Source: Nanohaloarchaea archaeon B1-Br10_U2g1 (GTDB lineage Archaea > Nanohalarchaeota > Nanosalinia > Nanosalinales > Nanosalinaceae). From it: 64,000 nucleotides of DNA. The notes beneath the pieces are model-generated. The model had not been told where the DNA came from and searched no databases. It was given only the letters and a program-made list of their open reading frames with translations. Shown one piece after another: positions 20,210 through 28,848 of the stretch. A program made the position numbers and the translations under genes. The stretch covers positions 11,324 to 75,323 of the forward strand of contig LKMN01000002.1 in assembly GCA_001563875.1 (NCBI GenBank), given 5' to 3'. Every line of letters starts with the position of its first letter. The stretch's first letter is position 1.

Positions 20210-20869
20210 TTACTGGTGTTTGAAGTACTTATTGAGCTGTTCTTTTCTGTCCGAAGGACCTACCAGAAGAAGGTTGTCCCCTACATCAAGACCTACGTTC
20301 ATATCCTTGGTTATAGTCTTACCTCCCTGAAGTATAGATACGATCTTGAAACGTTCAGGAAAAGAGTCTTCTCCTGTTATCTCGTCGACAGTTTTACCTC
20401 TAAGATCAGAGTTCTTCCTTACAGAAGCCTTTACAACCTCGTTTTCCTCCGAAAGGTTAGCAAGCTTCACAAGGTAGGGATGCTCTATACTGCTCATAAA
20501 CTCTGAAAGCATCAGACCTGTATGCGCTATAGTTTCGGCCTCTATCAGTTCAAAGGCCTCCATATACTCGTCGTTGACAACCTTGGATATAACTTTAGGA
20601 ACGCCGTACTTCTTCGCTAAGGAACAGACAACCATGTTCTCGTTATCATTGTTTAAAACAGATATAAGCGCGTCGGCCTCGGTTACTCCCGCATCCTCTA
20701 AAGCGGAAAGGGTTGCAGGATCTTTGTTTATCACTGTTGCTCCTGAAGACGCGTACAATCTTTCACATTTATCCTGATCCTCATCTATAACCACTACGTC
20801 ATGCCTGTCCTCAAGCTGTTTGACAAGCCTTCTTCCAAGAGTGGTTATCCCTGATACGATTATGTACAT
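20210..20869 (-). CDS. trkA: TrkA family K+ uptake regulatory subunit (RCK N+C)
   Basis: Degenerate Rossmann fold 'SGITTLG', 'DVVVIDED', 'LEDAGV'; adjacent to trkH. Confidence 0.85.
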   Translation of the reverse strand: MYIIVSGITTLGRRLVKQLEDRHDVVVIDEDQDKCERLYASSGATVINKDPATLSALEDAGVTEADALISVLNNDNENMVVCSLAKKYGVPKVISKVVNDEYMEAFELIEAETIAHTGLMLSEFMSSIEHPYLVKLANLSEENEVVKASVRKNSDLRGKTVDEITGEDSFPERFKIVSILQGGKTITKDMNVGLDVGDNLLLVGPSDRKEQLNKYFKHQ

Positions 20870-20871
20870 CT

Positions 20872-22320
20872 CTATTCAGAGTCTTTGAACAGCTCGCTAT
20901 TAAATATTGCCAGAAGCGGTATCATCTCAAGTCTTCCCGCAATCATGACTATAATCCATGTAAACTTGGTGACAGCGGAGAGATCAACCATTTCACTACC
21001 CTCCATGTAGACCGGTCCCATGTTCCCTGCCGCGGAAACCGTCCCTGACAACGCCGCCATAAGATTTGTGCCCTCGGCGTAAAGCACGATAAGCGTTCCT
21101 AAGAAGATTATGGATACCCAGCTGAAGAACAGTACTGAGATCGTTCTTATCATAGAGCTGTCCAGTATCTCTCCGTCTATCTTCACCTCGTTAATAGCCG
21201 ACTTAGGAAGCTTGTATGATCTCAAATGTGTTCTGAGAAGCTCTATCATAGCTTTCAAACGGAAAATCTTGAAACCTCCTGAAGTCGATCCAAGAGAGCC
21301 TCCTACAAACATTACGCCTATGAATGCTGCCTGTAAGCCAACTGTAAGCGATGTAAGTGTTATAGTTGAGTGTCCTGTTGAGGAAACCACTGCTGCAGAC
21401 GTGAAAACTCCATCAAAAACCGCTCTCTCCGGTGTAAAGCCCTGACGAATCAGCTCAAAACAGGTAAGCACAGACATAACTAGGAAAACCTTGAAGTAGA
21501 GCTTGAACTCTGCGCTTCTAAGGAATGATCCGTAATCCGTTCTAAGGAACCTGTAAAGAAGTACGAAGTTAACACCTCCCAGAAACATTAAGAGAATTGT
21601 AGCAGCTTCTATAGGAGTAGAGTTGAATCCTGCTATGCTTTCACCCATTGTAGAAAACCCTCCTGTCGAAATTCCGGAGAAAGAATGTAGAACAGAATCG
21701 AATGCCGGCATACCAAGCAGCACGTAGATACCTGCAAACAAGGCAGTTATGAAACCGTAAACTCTCCATAAGTCAGCTATGGATTTTGTCAGAGAAGGTC
21801 TTATAGAACCTGCATCTGTTTTATGGGACTCGGCAGAGTAAAGACTTCTTGTTGCAGCACCAGACTCTCTAATAACCACTATGAAGAATGTTAGTATCCC
21901 TAAACCTCCTATCCACTGCATGAAAGATCTCCAGAAAAGTATTGAACTTGGTAAGGTCTCTGGTGCTAAAACTATAGATATTCCTGTAGTTGTGAGACCG
22001 GCTGTAGCCTCAAAGACCGCATCTATTATATTTAAGTGTGTTAGAAATGGTATTGCTCCGAATACAACCGCAAGCACCCATCCAAGAACCGTGGCAAACA
22101 TCGCCTCGGATATATCCGGATTTCTAGAGCTTTCACCCTGTTTACCAGACATATAGATTGAATATCCCAGCACTAAAGAGGAGACGGAGGCAACTATAAA
22201 TCCCGAGATCTGAGCCAGACTTTCTCCATAGTAAACACCGACTATTATTGGCAGAGCTACTAAAACAGCGAAAATCTGGAGGAAAGCACCTACAATCCTC
22301 AGAATTACCGAGCTCCTCAT
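20872..22320 (-). CDS. trkH: TrkH family K+ uptake membrane protein
   Basis: 'FEATAGLTTTG', 'QWIGGLG', 'STGGFS', 'GSTSGGFK', 'GNMGP', 'GRLE'. Confidence 0.95.
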   Translation of the reverse strand: MRSSVILRIVGAFLQIFAVLVALPIIVGVYYGESLAQISGFIVASVSSLVLGYSIYMSGKQGESSRNPDISEAMFATVLGWVLAVVFGAIPFLTHLNIIDAVFEATAGLTTTGISIVLAPETLPSSILFWRSFMQWIGGLGILTFFIVVIRESGAATRSLYSAESHKTDAGSIRPSLTKSIADLWRVYGFITALFAGIYVLLGMPAFDSVLHSFSGISTGGFSTMGESIAGFNSTPIEAATILLMFLGGVNFVLLYRFLRTDYGSFLRSAEFKLYFKVFLVMSVLTCFELIRQGFTPERAVFDGVFTSAAVVSSTGHSTITLTSLTVGLQAAFIGVMFVGGSLGSTSGGFKIFRLKAMIELLRTHLRSYKLPKSAINEVKIDGEILDSSMIRTISVLFFSWVSIIFLGTLIVLYAEGTNLMAALSGTVSAAGNMGPVYMEGSEMVDLSAVTKFTWIIVMIAGRLEMIPLLAIFNSELFKDSE

Positions 22321-22372
22321 AACTACGGCTTAGAATTTCTCTGAATAAAAAGGGTGTTCGAGACGAAAGATG

Positions 22373-22436
22373 TTTATAAAGTTTGTATACGCATCTCCGA
22401 ACTGCTCGGAACGAAAACTGACTGAGCAAAGGTGAA
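22373..22436 (+). promoter_or_regulatory. TATA box, K-turn-like hairpin leader and SD of the rps6e operon
   Basis: TTTATAAA 22373-80; TGCTCGG-AAC-GA-AAACT-GA-CTGAGCA 22403-28; GGTGA 22431-35. Confidence 0.55.
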
Positions 22437-22443
22437 ACTAATA

Positions 22444-22815
22444 ATGAAGATTACAGTAGGAGATACAGACGGTAAAACACACCAAATCGAACTAGAAGAA
22501 AGCTCAAAAGTAGTTGGAAAGAAGATTGGAGACAGCTTTGAAGGAGGAATAGTAGGCTTAGACGGCTACAAACTTGAGATAACCGGTGGAAGCGACAAAC
22601 AAGGGTTCCCTATGAGAGAAAGTATCGAAGGAACAGGTAGAAGAAGTATACTACTCAAAAAAGGATCCGGAATAGACGAGGAAGAAAACGTTAGAAAGAG
22701 AAAAACCGTTAGAGGAAACACAGTCTCCGACGAAATAGAACAGCTAAACACCAAAGTTGTAGAAGAAGGAAATGAATCTGTAGAAGATCTTCTATCAGAA
22801 GAGGAAGAGGAGTAA
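22444..22815 (+). CDS. rps6e: 30S ribosomal protein S6e
   Basis: 'LEITGGSDKQGFPMR', 'RKRKTVRGN', 'QLNTK'; ATG 22444 after GGTGA. Confidence 0.96.
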   Translation: MKITVGDTDGKTHQIELEESSKVVGKKIGDSFEGGIVGLDGYKLEITGGSDKQGFPMRESIEGTGRRSILLKKGSGIDEEENVRKRKTVRGNTVSDEIEQLNTKVVEEGNESVEDLLSEEEEE

Positions 22816-22853
22816 AAACCTTTTCAACCCTGTAAAAAGGAGTTAAAACTATA

Positions 22854-24041
22854 ATGACTGAGATACCTGAGGCCAACATCGGACTAGTAGGACACGTCGA
22901 CCACGGAAAAACAACTTTAACGAACGCATTATCCGGTAAATGGACCGACGAACACTCTGAAGAACTGAAAAGAGGCATCACCATAAGACTAGGTTACGCC
23001 GATATAACCTATTACAGAGATAGTGACGGAAACCTCAACGTAAAAGAAGAAGGTGACGCCGAGAGAACTATTTCTCTGGTAGACGCTCCAGGACACGAAA
23101 CACTGATGGCCAACGTGCTTTCAGGAGCAGCAATAATGGACGGAGCAATACTTCTAGTCGCTGCAGATGAAGAGTGTCCTCAACCTCAGACAAGAGAGCA
23201 TTTAGCGGCTCTAAATATTGCAGGAGTTGAGAATATAGTAGTTGTACAGAACAAGATCGATAAAGTTTCTAAAGAAGAAGCTAAAGACAATTACAGACAG
23301 ATAAAAGAGTTCTTGAAAGGTTCTGTTGCCGAAGACGCTCCTATAGTACCTATATCAGCACAACAGGAGATTAACATCGATGCTCTTCTGGAAGCTGTAG
23401 ATGAAGAGATATCTACACCAGACAGAGATAGAGATGCGGACCCGAAGATGTTGTTAGCGCGTTCATTCGATATAAACAAGCCCGGAACTAAGACAGAAGA
23501 TCTGAACGGCGGCGTAATCGGCGGAAGCCTTGTTAAAGGAGAGTTAGAAGTAGGAGATAAAATTGAGGTAAGGCCCGGAGTACGTATCGGCGGAAAATGG
23601 AAGCCTGTTAAGACAAAGGTAAGAAGTATACTACAAGGAGGAAAACCAGTAGAGAAAGGAAGTCCAGGGGGATTACTGGCTGTAGAGACAGAACTGGATC
23701 CTGCTCTGGCTAAGTCCGATGGATTATCTGGAAACGTTTTGGGCGTTGAAGACAAGCTTCCTGATACTTTAGATGAGATAGAGGTTGAGGTAGAGCTTAT
23801 GGAGAGACTTGTTGGTTCAGAAGACGAGAAGGAGATTGAGAATATCAAGAAGAAAGAACCTTTGATGCTTAACGTTGGAACAGGTAAGTCCGCAGGGATA
23901 GTAACAGGTCTAGGTAAAACCGTTGAACTCAACCTTAAAGCACCCGTCTGTGCCGAGGAAGGAGACCGAATCGCGATTTCGAGGCAGATAGGCTCTAGAT
24001 GGAGGCTTATTGGCCACGGCAAAATTGTGTCTACACAGTAG
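22854..24041 (+). CDS. eif2g: Translation initiation factor aIF2 gamma
   Basis: GHVDHGKT, 'RGITIRLGYA', DAPGH, QPQTREH, NKID, 'RSFDINKPG', 'WRLIGHG'. Confidence 0.97.
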   Translation: MTEIPEANIGLVGHVDHGKTTLTNALSGKWTDEHSEELKRGITIRLGYADITYYRDSDGNLNVKEEGDAERTISLVDAPGHETLMANVLSGAAIMDGAILLVAADEECPQPQTREHLAALNIAGVENIVVVQNKIDKVSKEEAKDNYRQIKEFLKGSVAEDAPIVPISAQQEINIDALLEAVDEEISTPDRDRDADPKMLLARSFDINKPGTKTEDLNGGVIGGSLVKGELEVGDKIEVRPGVRIGGKWKPVKTKVRSILQGGKPVEKGSPGGLLAVETELDPALAKSDGLSGNVLGVEDKLPDTLDEIEVEVELMERLVGSEDEKEIENIKKKEPLMLNVGTGKSAGIVTGLGKTVELNLKAPVCAEEGDRIAISRQIGSRWRLIGHGKIVSTQ

Positions 24042-24072
24042 GCTACCGGGTTTTTTATACTGTAGAACGTGA

Positions 24073-25638
24073 ATGATGGTTATGGTAGACTTTCTAACTC
24101 CTTTAATTGATTTTATAAGCAGAGATCAAGCCACGGTACAAATACTAGTTACTCTTTCAATTTTGGTTCTAGGCCATCTACTCACGAAATTTGTTAAGAC
24201 GGTCGGTAGAAGGGTCTGGGTAGCAAGAGAAGGCATCACAAAAAAGGAGTTAAGGAGAAGACAGGAAGGACTGAAATATGTAGGGTATATCATAGATGCA
24301 TCCGCCATATCAGTAGCTCTACTTTACCTAAATACAGGCATAACAGGTTCAGTAGTTGAGCAGGCAGCCGAGTTTGCACCAAACCTGCTTTCAGCGATGC
24401 TTATCGCAGTCCTTGGAATACTAACGATACAGATAGTTACACGTGCTGGAGAGAACTTCCTAAGAACGATGGGAGTTCAAAACTACTTCAGAGAGTTAGG
24501 AGTCTCCTACAACGGAATTAGAATTATAACAGGTTTCTTCAAGGCTTTCCTATACCTACTGCTTCTCCAAGTGGCGCTAGACCAGCTTGGGGTAGGAGAC
24601 AGCTTTGTAAGAGAACTTATTACAGCCTCATCATGGGCAGCAGCGTTCCTAGTAGCAGGACTACTCATATACGGTTTTAAAGATCTTATAGCAAACTTCG
24701 CAGCAGGTATCTACCTAAAGAGTTCAAGACTAGTCAAACCTGGAGAGAAAGTGTATCTTGAGGAAGATTCTGGTGAGATACGTAGCGTAGATCTTTTCAG
24801 CACCGAAATAGGTACCGGAGAAGGATACAATCTTGTGACACAGAACAAGAACATTATGAATGCAGATCTCAAGTTCAAGAGAACCAAAGGAGATCTAAAC
24901 ACCTTAGAAGATATCAAGAGATACTTCACAGCCCAAGATCCTTCTTACTGCGGTCCTGCATCCGCAGAGATGGCGTTAAACATCTTCGGATACCGTTTCA
25001 ACCAGCAGGAGATAGGAGATATGGCCGGTACAGAGAAAGGGGTTGGAACAATGCCGGACGAATTAATAGAGGTTGTAGAGAACTTGACTGACGAAGAAGT
25101 TAGAGGTGCTTACGTAGAGTACGACAAGATAACGGATCTATCAGACGAGTTCAAGACCTGGTTTAACGACGGAGCTCTAATAATACCTAACTTTGCGAAG
25201 CCGGTACTTTTCCCTCAGGCAGATACAGCGCATTACAGCCTATGTGTGGCCGTAGAAGGAGATGAGCTACTGGTAGTTGATCCTAGCGCCAACACTGTTT
25301 CAGGCGGGGTATACTACGCGGACAGCTCGGAGATGCTGGAAGCTATGGGAGAGTTCGAAGGCCGTACCAGAGGATATATCGTACTGGCTCCAGAGGATAC
25401 AACCGCGTACTGGAGAATCAAAGAGGACCTTATTTACTCGGACGAGAACCTGTACGACCATATAAATAAGAACATGGAGCTTCAGCTCCGTAGAATCCTG
25501 AGACAGGGCAGAATACTGAAGAATGTTCTACCGGAAGATCTTCAGGACTACATAGAGAAGTGGGAGAAGGATGAAAAAGTTGGAAGGGTATGGAAGCCTG
25601 ACGGAGGGGAAGAAGATGAAGACACTGATACTAGGTAA
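24073..25638 (+). CDS. MscS-channel / phytochelatin-synthase(C39)-like papain-fold fusion protein
   Basis: ~5 TMs and an MscS beta-domain ('FAAGIYL...VKPGEKV...GEIRSVDLFSTEI'), then 'FTAQDPSYCGPAS', 'AHYSL', 'LVVDPS', 'LEAM...GRTRGYIVL' (Cys293/His387/Asp403). Confidence 0.8.
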   Translation: MMVMVDFLTPLIDFISRDQATVQILVTLSILVLGHLLTKFVKTVGRRVWVAREGITKKELRRRQEGLKYVGYIIDASAISVALLYLNTGITGSVVEQAAEFAPNLLSAMLIAVLGILTIQIVTRAGENFLRTMGVQNYFRELGVSYNGIRIITGFFKAFLYLLLLQVALDQLGVGDSFVRELITASSWAAAFLVAGLLIYGFKDLIANFAAGIYLKSSRLVKPGEKVYLEEDSGEIRSVDLFSTEIGTGEGYNLVTQNKNIMNADLKFKRTKGDLNTLEDIKRYFTAQDPSYCGPASAEMALNIFGYRFNQQEIGDMAGTEKGVGTMPDELIEVVENLTDEEVRGAYVEYDKITDLSDEFKTWFNDGALIIPNFAKPVLFPQADTAHYSLCVAVEGDELLVVDPSANTVSGGVYYADSSEMLEAMGEFEGRTRGYIVLAPEDTTAYWRIKEDLIYSDENLYDHINKNMELQLRRILRQGRILKNVLPEDLQDYIEKWEKDEKVGRVWKPDGGEEDEDTDTR

Positions 25639-26425
25639 AGACTTCGAGACAGAGATGTTTGAGGAACACTTTGAGGAGGTAGAGGAAAAATCTCTCGCAG
25701 ACACCATGATAACTATGAACGGTGGCAGCGAGGTCTTGATAAACGGAGAAGATATAGAGACCTGGGACGCTGTCTATATCCAGCCAGAGTCAAAGGCTGT
25801 ACAGTTCTCAAGAGTCTTGATGGAGACACTTTCTCTCAAAGAGATACACTGTAATCTGAATACCTCTGTATTCATACCTGTAAAAAAGCCTTACCTACTA
25901 CAGGTACTTTCAGAAAAAGAGGTTAAAACCCCTGTTCAGACAAGTATCTCGACAGAGAAAGGTCTCACCGAGATCGAAAAAGAGGTTGAGTTCCCGGTTG
26001 TAACTAAAAAATACAGGAATCTAGATCTTGAGGAGACAAAGATATTTGATAATTTTGAGAATCTTAAGAAGTTCTGTGAAAATACCGAACACGGAGAAAG
26101 CTTTGTAGTAATCCAAGAGTATTCCGAAGAAGATGTTTTCGATATACTGTATATAGACGGAGATATTATCTCTCTAAAGCTAGAGGATAATCCTTGGAGC
26201 TCCGAAGAAGTAGTAACCGGAAAGTACCACAGTCTTTCAGACAAGCAGAAAGAGGTTGTAAAAGATGCTGTCTCAGCTATAGGCCTTAAGATATGTAGTT
26301 TAAGATTAAACGGTACAGAGGTCATGGATGTTAAAAACGATCCTCAGCTCGAAAGATTCAGAGAAGAGAGCGGTAAAAACGTTTATGGAAGAGTTGCATC
26401 AATGTTAGAAGGTGATCAAGATTAA
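25616..26425 (+). CDS. Degenerate RimK-like ATP-grasp protein
   Basis: 'KKPYLLQVL...VKTP', 'FPVVTK', 'VIQEY' retained; Gly-loop, DxR, D and EVN motifs altered. GGAGG SD supports ATG 25616. Confidence 0.72.
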   Translation: MKTLILGKDFETEMFEEHFEEVEEKSLADTMITMNGGSEVLINGEDIETWDAVYIQPESKAVQFSRVLMETLSLKEIHCNLNTSVFIPVKKPYLLQVLSEKEVKTPVQTSISTEKGLTEIEKEVEFPVVTKKYRNLDLEETKIFDNFENLKKFCENTEHGESFVVIQEYSEEDVFDILYIDGDIISLKLEDNPWSSEEVVTGKYHSLSDKQKEVVKDAVSAIGLKICSLRLNGTEVMDVKNDPQLERFREESGKNVYGRVASMLEGDQD

Positions 26426-27296
26426 GTGTGCAGTAATATACGGAAGCAAGTCAGCACAACACCAGTACTTCATAGAGAAAGGTAAAGAGTACTTCGACAA
26501 AGTTCTCGGCGTTCCTCTAGAAGGTGTGAGAACGGTTTATGATGGAGATGGCGCTCATTTAATGTACAAGAACACCGATCTATGTGAGTTCGATGCCGTA
26601 TACCTAAGGCTTCTAGGAAACGACTTGATGTACGGCGAACATCTACCTGAAATACTGGATGAGAACAATGTATACACCCAGCTTGAATCGGAAGCTCTAG
26701 CAATAGCCTCTAACAAGTTCCATATGATGAAGGTCCTAGGAGAGTCAGGTCTGCCTGTCCCCGATTCAATCTACACTCTTTCAACAGAAGAAACCGAAAG
26801 AGCAGGAGAAACATTAGGATACCCCAACATAATCAAGATAATATCAGGTTATGGAGGGAAAGGAGTAATCAAAGCAAACTCTGAATCCGATATAGGACCC
26901 ATAACTGATGCTTTAACACTTTTCGAACAGGAAATCTGTGTACAGGAGTATATTGACAATCCTGGCGAAGACATACGTATAACGGTAGTAGGAGACGAAA
27001 CATTCGCATACAAAAGGGTTGGAGGAGAAGAAGAGTTCCGTTCAAATATATCTGCAGGAGGCAACAGAGAATCCTTTGAACCTTCTGAAGAAATGAAAGA
27101 ATCTGCCATAAACGCTGCAAGACTCTGCGGCCTGGACATCGCAGGAATAGACATAATTGAGGATGAGAAAACCGGCGAAATTTATCTTGGAGAGGTAAAC
27201 GCTTCGCCCGGCGTCGAAGGAACAGAAGAAGTTTTGGAAGTTGATATGGCCAAAAAGATAATGGCTTTTATCAAAAAGAAGGCCGCGGAGCGGTAA
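26412..27296 (+). CDS. RimK family ATP-grasp amino acid (glutamate) ligase
   Basis: 'ASNKF', 'GLPVP', 'IIKIISGYGGKGV', 'VQEYI', 'DIRITVVG', 'FRSNISAGG', 'AGIDII', 'EVNASPG'. Confidence 0.92.
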   Translation: MIKIKCAVIYGSKSAQHQYFIEKGKEYFDKVLGVPLEGVRTVYDGDGAHLMYKNTDLCEFDAVYLRLLGNDLMYGEHLPEILDENNVYTQLESEALAIASNKFHMMKVLGESGLPVPDSIYTLSTEETERAGETLGYPNIIKIISGYGGKGVIKANSESDIGPITDALTLFEQEICVQEYIDNPGEDIRITVVGDETFAYKRVGGEEEFRSNISAGGNRESFEPSEEMKESAINAARLCGLDIAGIDIIEDEKTGEIYLGEVNASPGVEGTEEVLEVDMAKKIMAFIKKKAAER

Positions 27297-28320
27297 ACTC
27301 CTCAAAGCTTTGAGCCAGTATCTCTTTAGCCTCAGTCATCTCCTCCTCTGAGAAAGCGTTCAAAGCCGGAACCCCTACATAATCTTCTACAGTATCTTTC
27401 CCAACGGTCGTATCAGTAATCGGTCCTGACATAAACGAGAGCTCGTAATCCAGATCAGTTAAAACCTTTTTTAGGCCGTATGCTCCCATAACATCTAAGC
27501 TTACACCACAAATACTGAATATTGAGTTCTTTACATCTAGATCTCTTAGAACTTCTTGGACATGGTAGTTACTGATCAGCCCTGCACCAAACTCTATAAC
27601 TATGAAGTCAAGATCTTCGTTCCAAGCATGGTTGATCAAGCCTTTAGCAGAGGATATAACTATCTCAGGATCATCTACAGTTGAAGGCAGTCCTGCATCA
27701 ACAAAATCCAGTGATATCTCTGAACCGGATTCAAACATGCTTACTCGGTCTCTTTCTCTTGCGGAACCAGTAAGTTTCAAGGAACCAACTTCATACTCCT
27801 CTGAAAGGTTTTCAATTATCTTCGTAGCCAGTGTTGTCTTTCCTGCATCCATCCTGGTCGAGACAACGCCCACCAGTCTTGGCTCTCCTTCAATCTCTTC
27901 AACTCTTTCAATACCATAATCTTTCATGTTCAAGATCTTTTCGTCCTGTGAGACGTATCCAAGAAACTCTGCCTCACATGGCTCTCCTAAATTCTTTGCA
28001 GCGCTTAAACAGTCTCCGAAAACGCCTCCCGAGCCTATGAAATCTATTCGATCGCCTTCACTGACTTCATCAGGCACTTCTCCAATATATCCTTTGACTC
28101 CTGCCCGGTTTCCAAACGTTCCAAGGACTATATCTCCCTCTTCAATCTCTACGAGCTCTCCTCCAGGGAGATCCAGTTCGTTGTAGTCGCCTTTTTTCTC
28201 TGTTATCTTTACTGCTACAACATCCCCTACCTGAGGTCTATGTCCGCTTTCAACTATCTCTGAACTATCTGTTATCTCTATCCTTTTCAGGCACGAGGCC
28301 TTGTAATCATGTCTAACCAT
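27271..28320 (-). CDS. DUF1611-family P-loop protein
   Basis: 'PQVGDVV', 'GNRAG', 'STRMDAGKTT', 'KLTG', 'DFVDAGLPST', 'SGPITD'. Confidence 0.75.
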   Translation of the reverse strand: MVRHDYKASCLKRIEITDSSEIVESGHRPQVGDVVAVKITEKKGDYNELDLPGGELVEIEEGDIVLGTFGNRAGVKGYIGEVPDEVSEGDRIDFIGSGGVFGDCLSAAKNLGEPCEAEFLGYVSQDEKILNMKDYGIERVEEIEGEPRLVGVVSTRMDAGKTTLATKIIENLSEEYEVGSLKLTGSARERDRVSMFESGSEISLDFVDAGLPSTVDDPEIVISSAKGLINHAWNEDLDFIVIEFGAGLISNYHVQEVLRDLDVKNSIFSICGVSLDVMGAYGLKKVLTDLDYELSFMSGPITDTTVGKDTVEDYVGVPALNAFSEEEMTEAKEILAQSFEEFTAPRPSF

Positions 28321-28383
28321 AAGTTTTGGAGTGACGTGGAGTTTATTTAATACTTCTTGAAGCTTGAGCTTTAACAGTACGTT

Positions 28384-28770
28384 ATGACTAAGGAAATAAT
28401 ACTTGACACCAACTTTTTGGTAGCTCCTTTCCAGCTATCGATCAGTCTTTTTGAGGATATAGAGGAGCTGTATCCTTTTGCAGAGATATACACTATAGAC
28501 GACGCTGTTGAAGAGTCCAAAAGCATTAAGTCAGGTAAATACGGCGACTTAGTGGAAAAGCTTATTGATACACAAGGAATCAAAGTCTTGGAGACCGAAG
28601 GAGAAGGCAGTGTCGATGATCTTCTTGTAAAGCTTTCTGACGAATACATTGTGGCTACTAACGACAAAGAGCTGAAACAGAGAGTACTGGACAGAAACAA
28701 TCCTGTGATGATCATAAGGTCAAGAAGCCATCTAGAAGTTGTTAAAGGCCGAGAGCACGACCTCGGCTAA
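28384..28770 (+). CDS. PIN-domain protein (Utp24/Fcf1-like)
   Basis: 'ILDTNFL', 'VDD', 'VATNDKELKQR'; conserved position before rpo7. Confidence 0.9.
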   Translation: MTKEIILDTNFLVAPFQLSISLFEDIEELYPFAEIYTIDDAVEESKSIKSGKYGDLVEKLIDTQGIKVLETEGEGSVDDLLVKLSDEYIVATNDKELKQRVLDRNNPVMIIRSRSHLEVVKGREHDLG

Positions 28771-28848
28771 ACCCTTCTCCAGACTATAAAAACAAACACA
28801 ATTTAAAACTTGCGAAGAATCCTGTAATTAGTTCTAGGTCGAGAAAAT

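Noticed and set aside
24073-28320. Graspetide (ATP-grasp RiPP) cluster interpretation
   Set aside because: C39-like plus ATP-grasp is suggestive, but no precursor peptide ORF was found nearby, the ligase is RimK-like and the peptidase motifs are closer to phytochelatin synthase. Disfavoured, not excluded.
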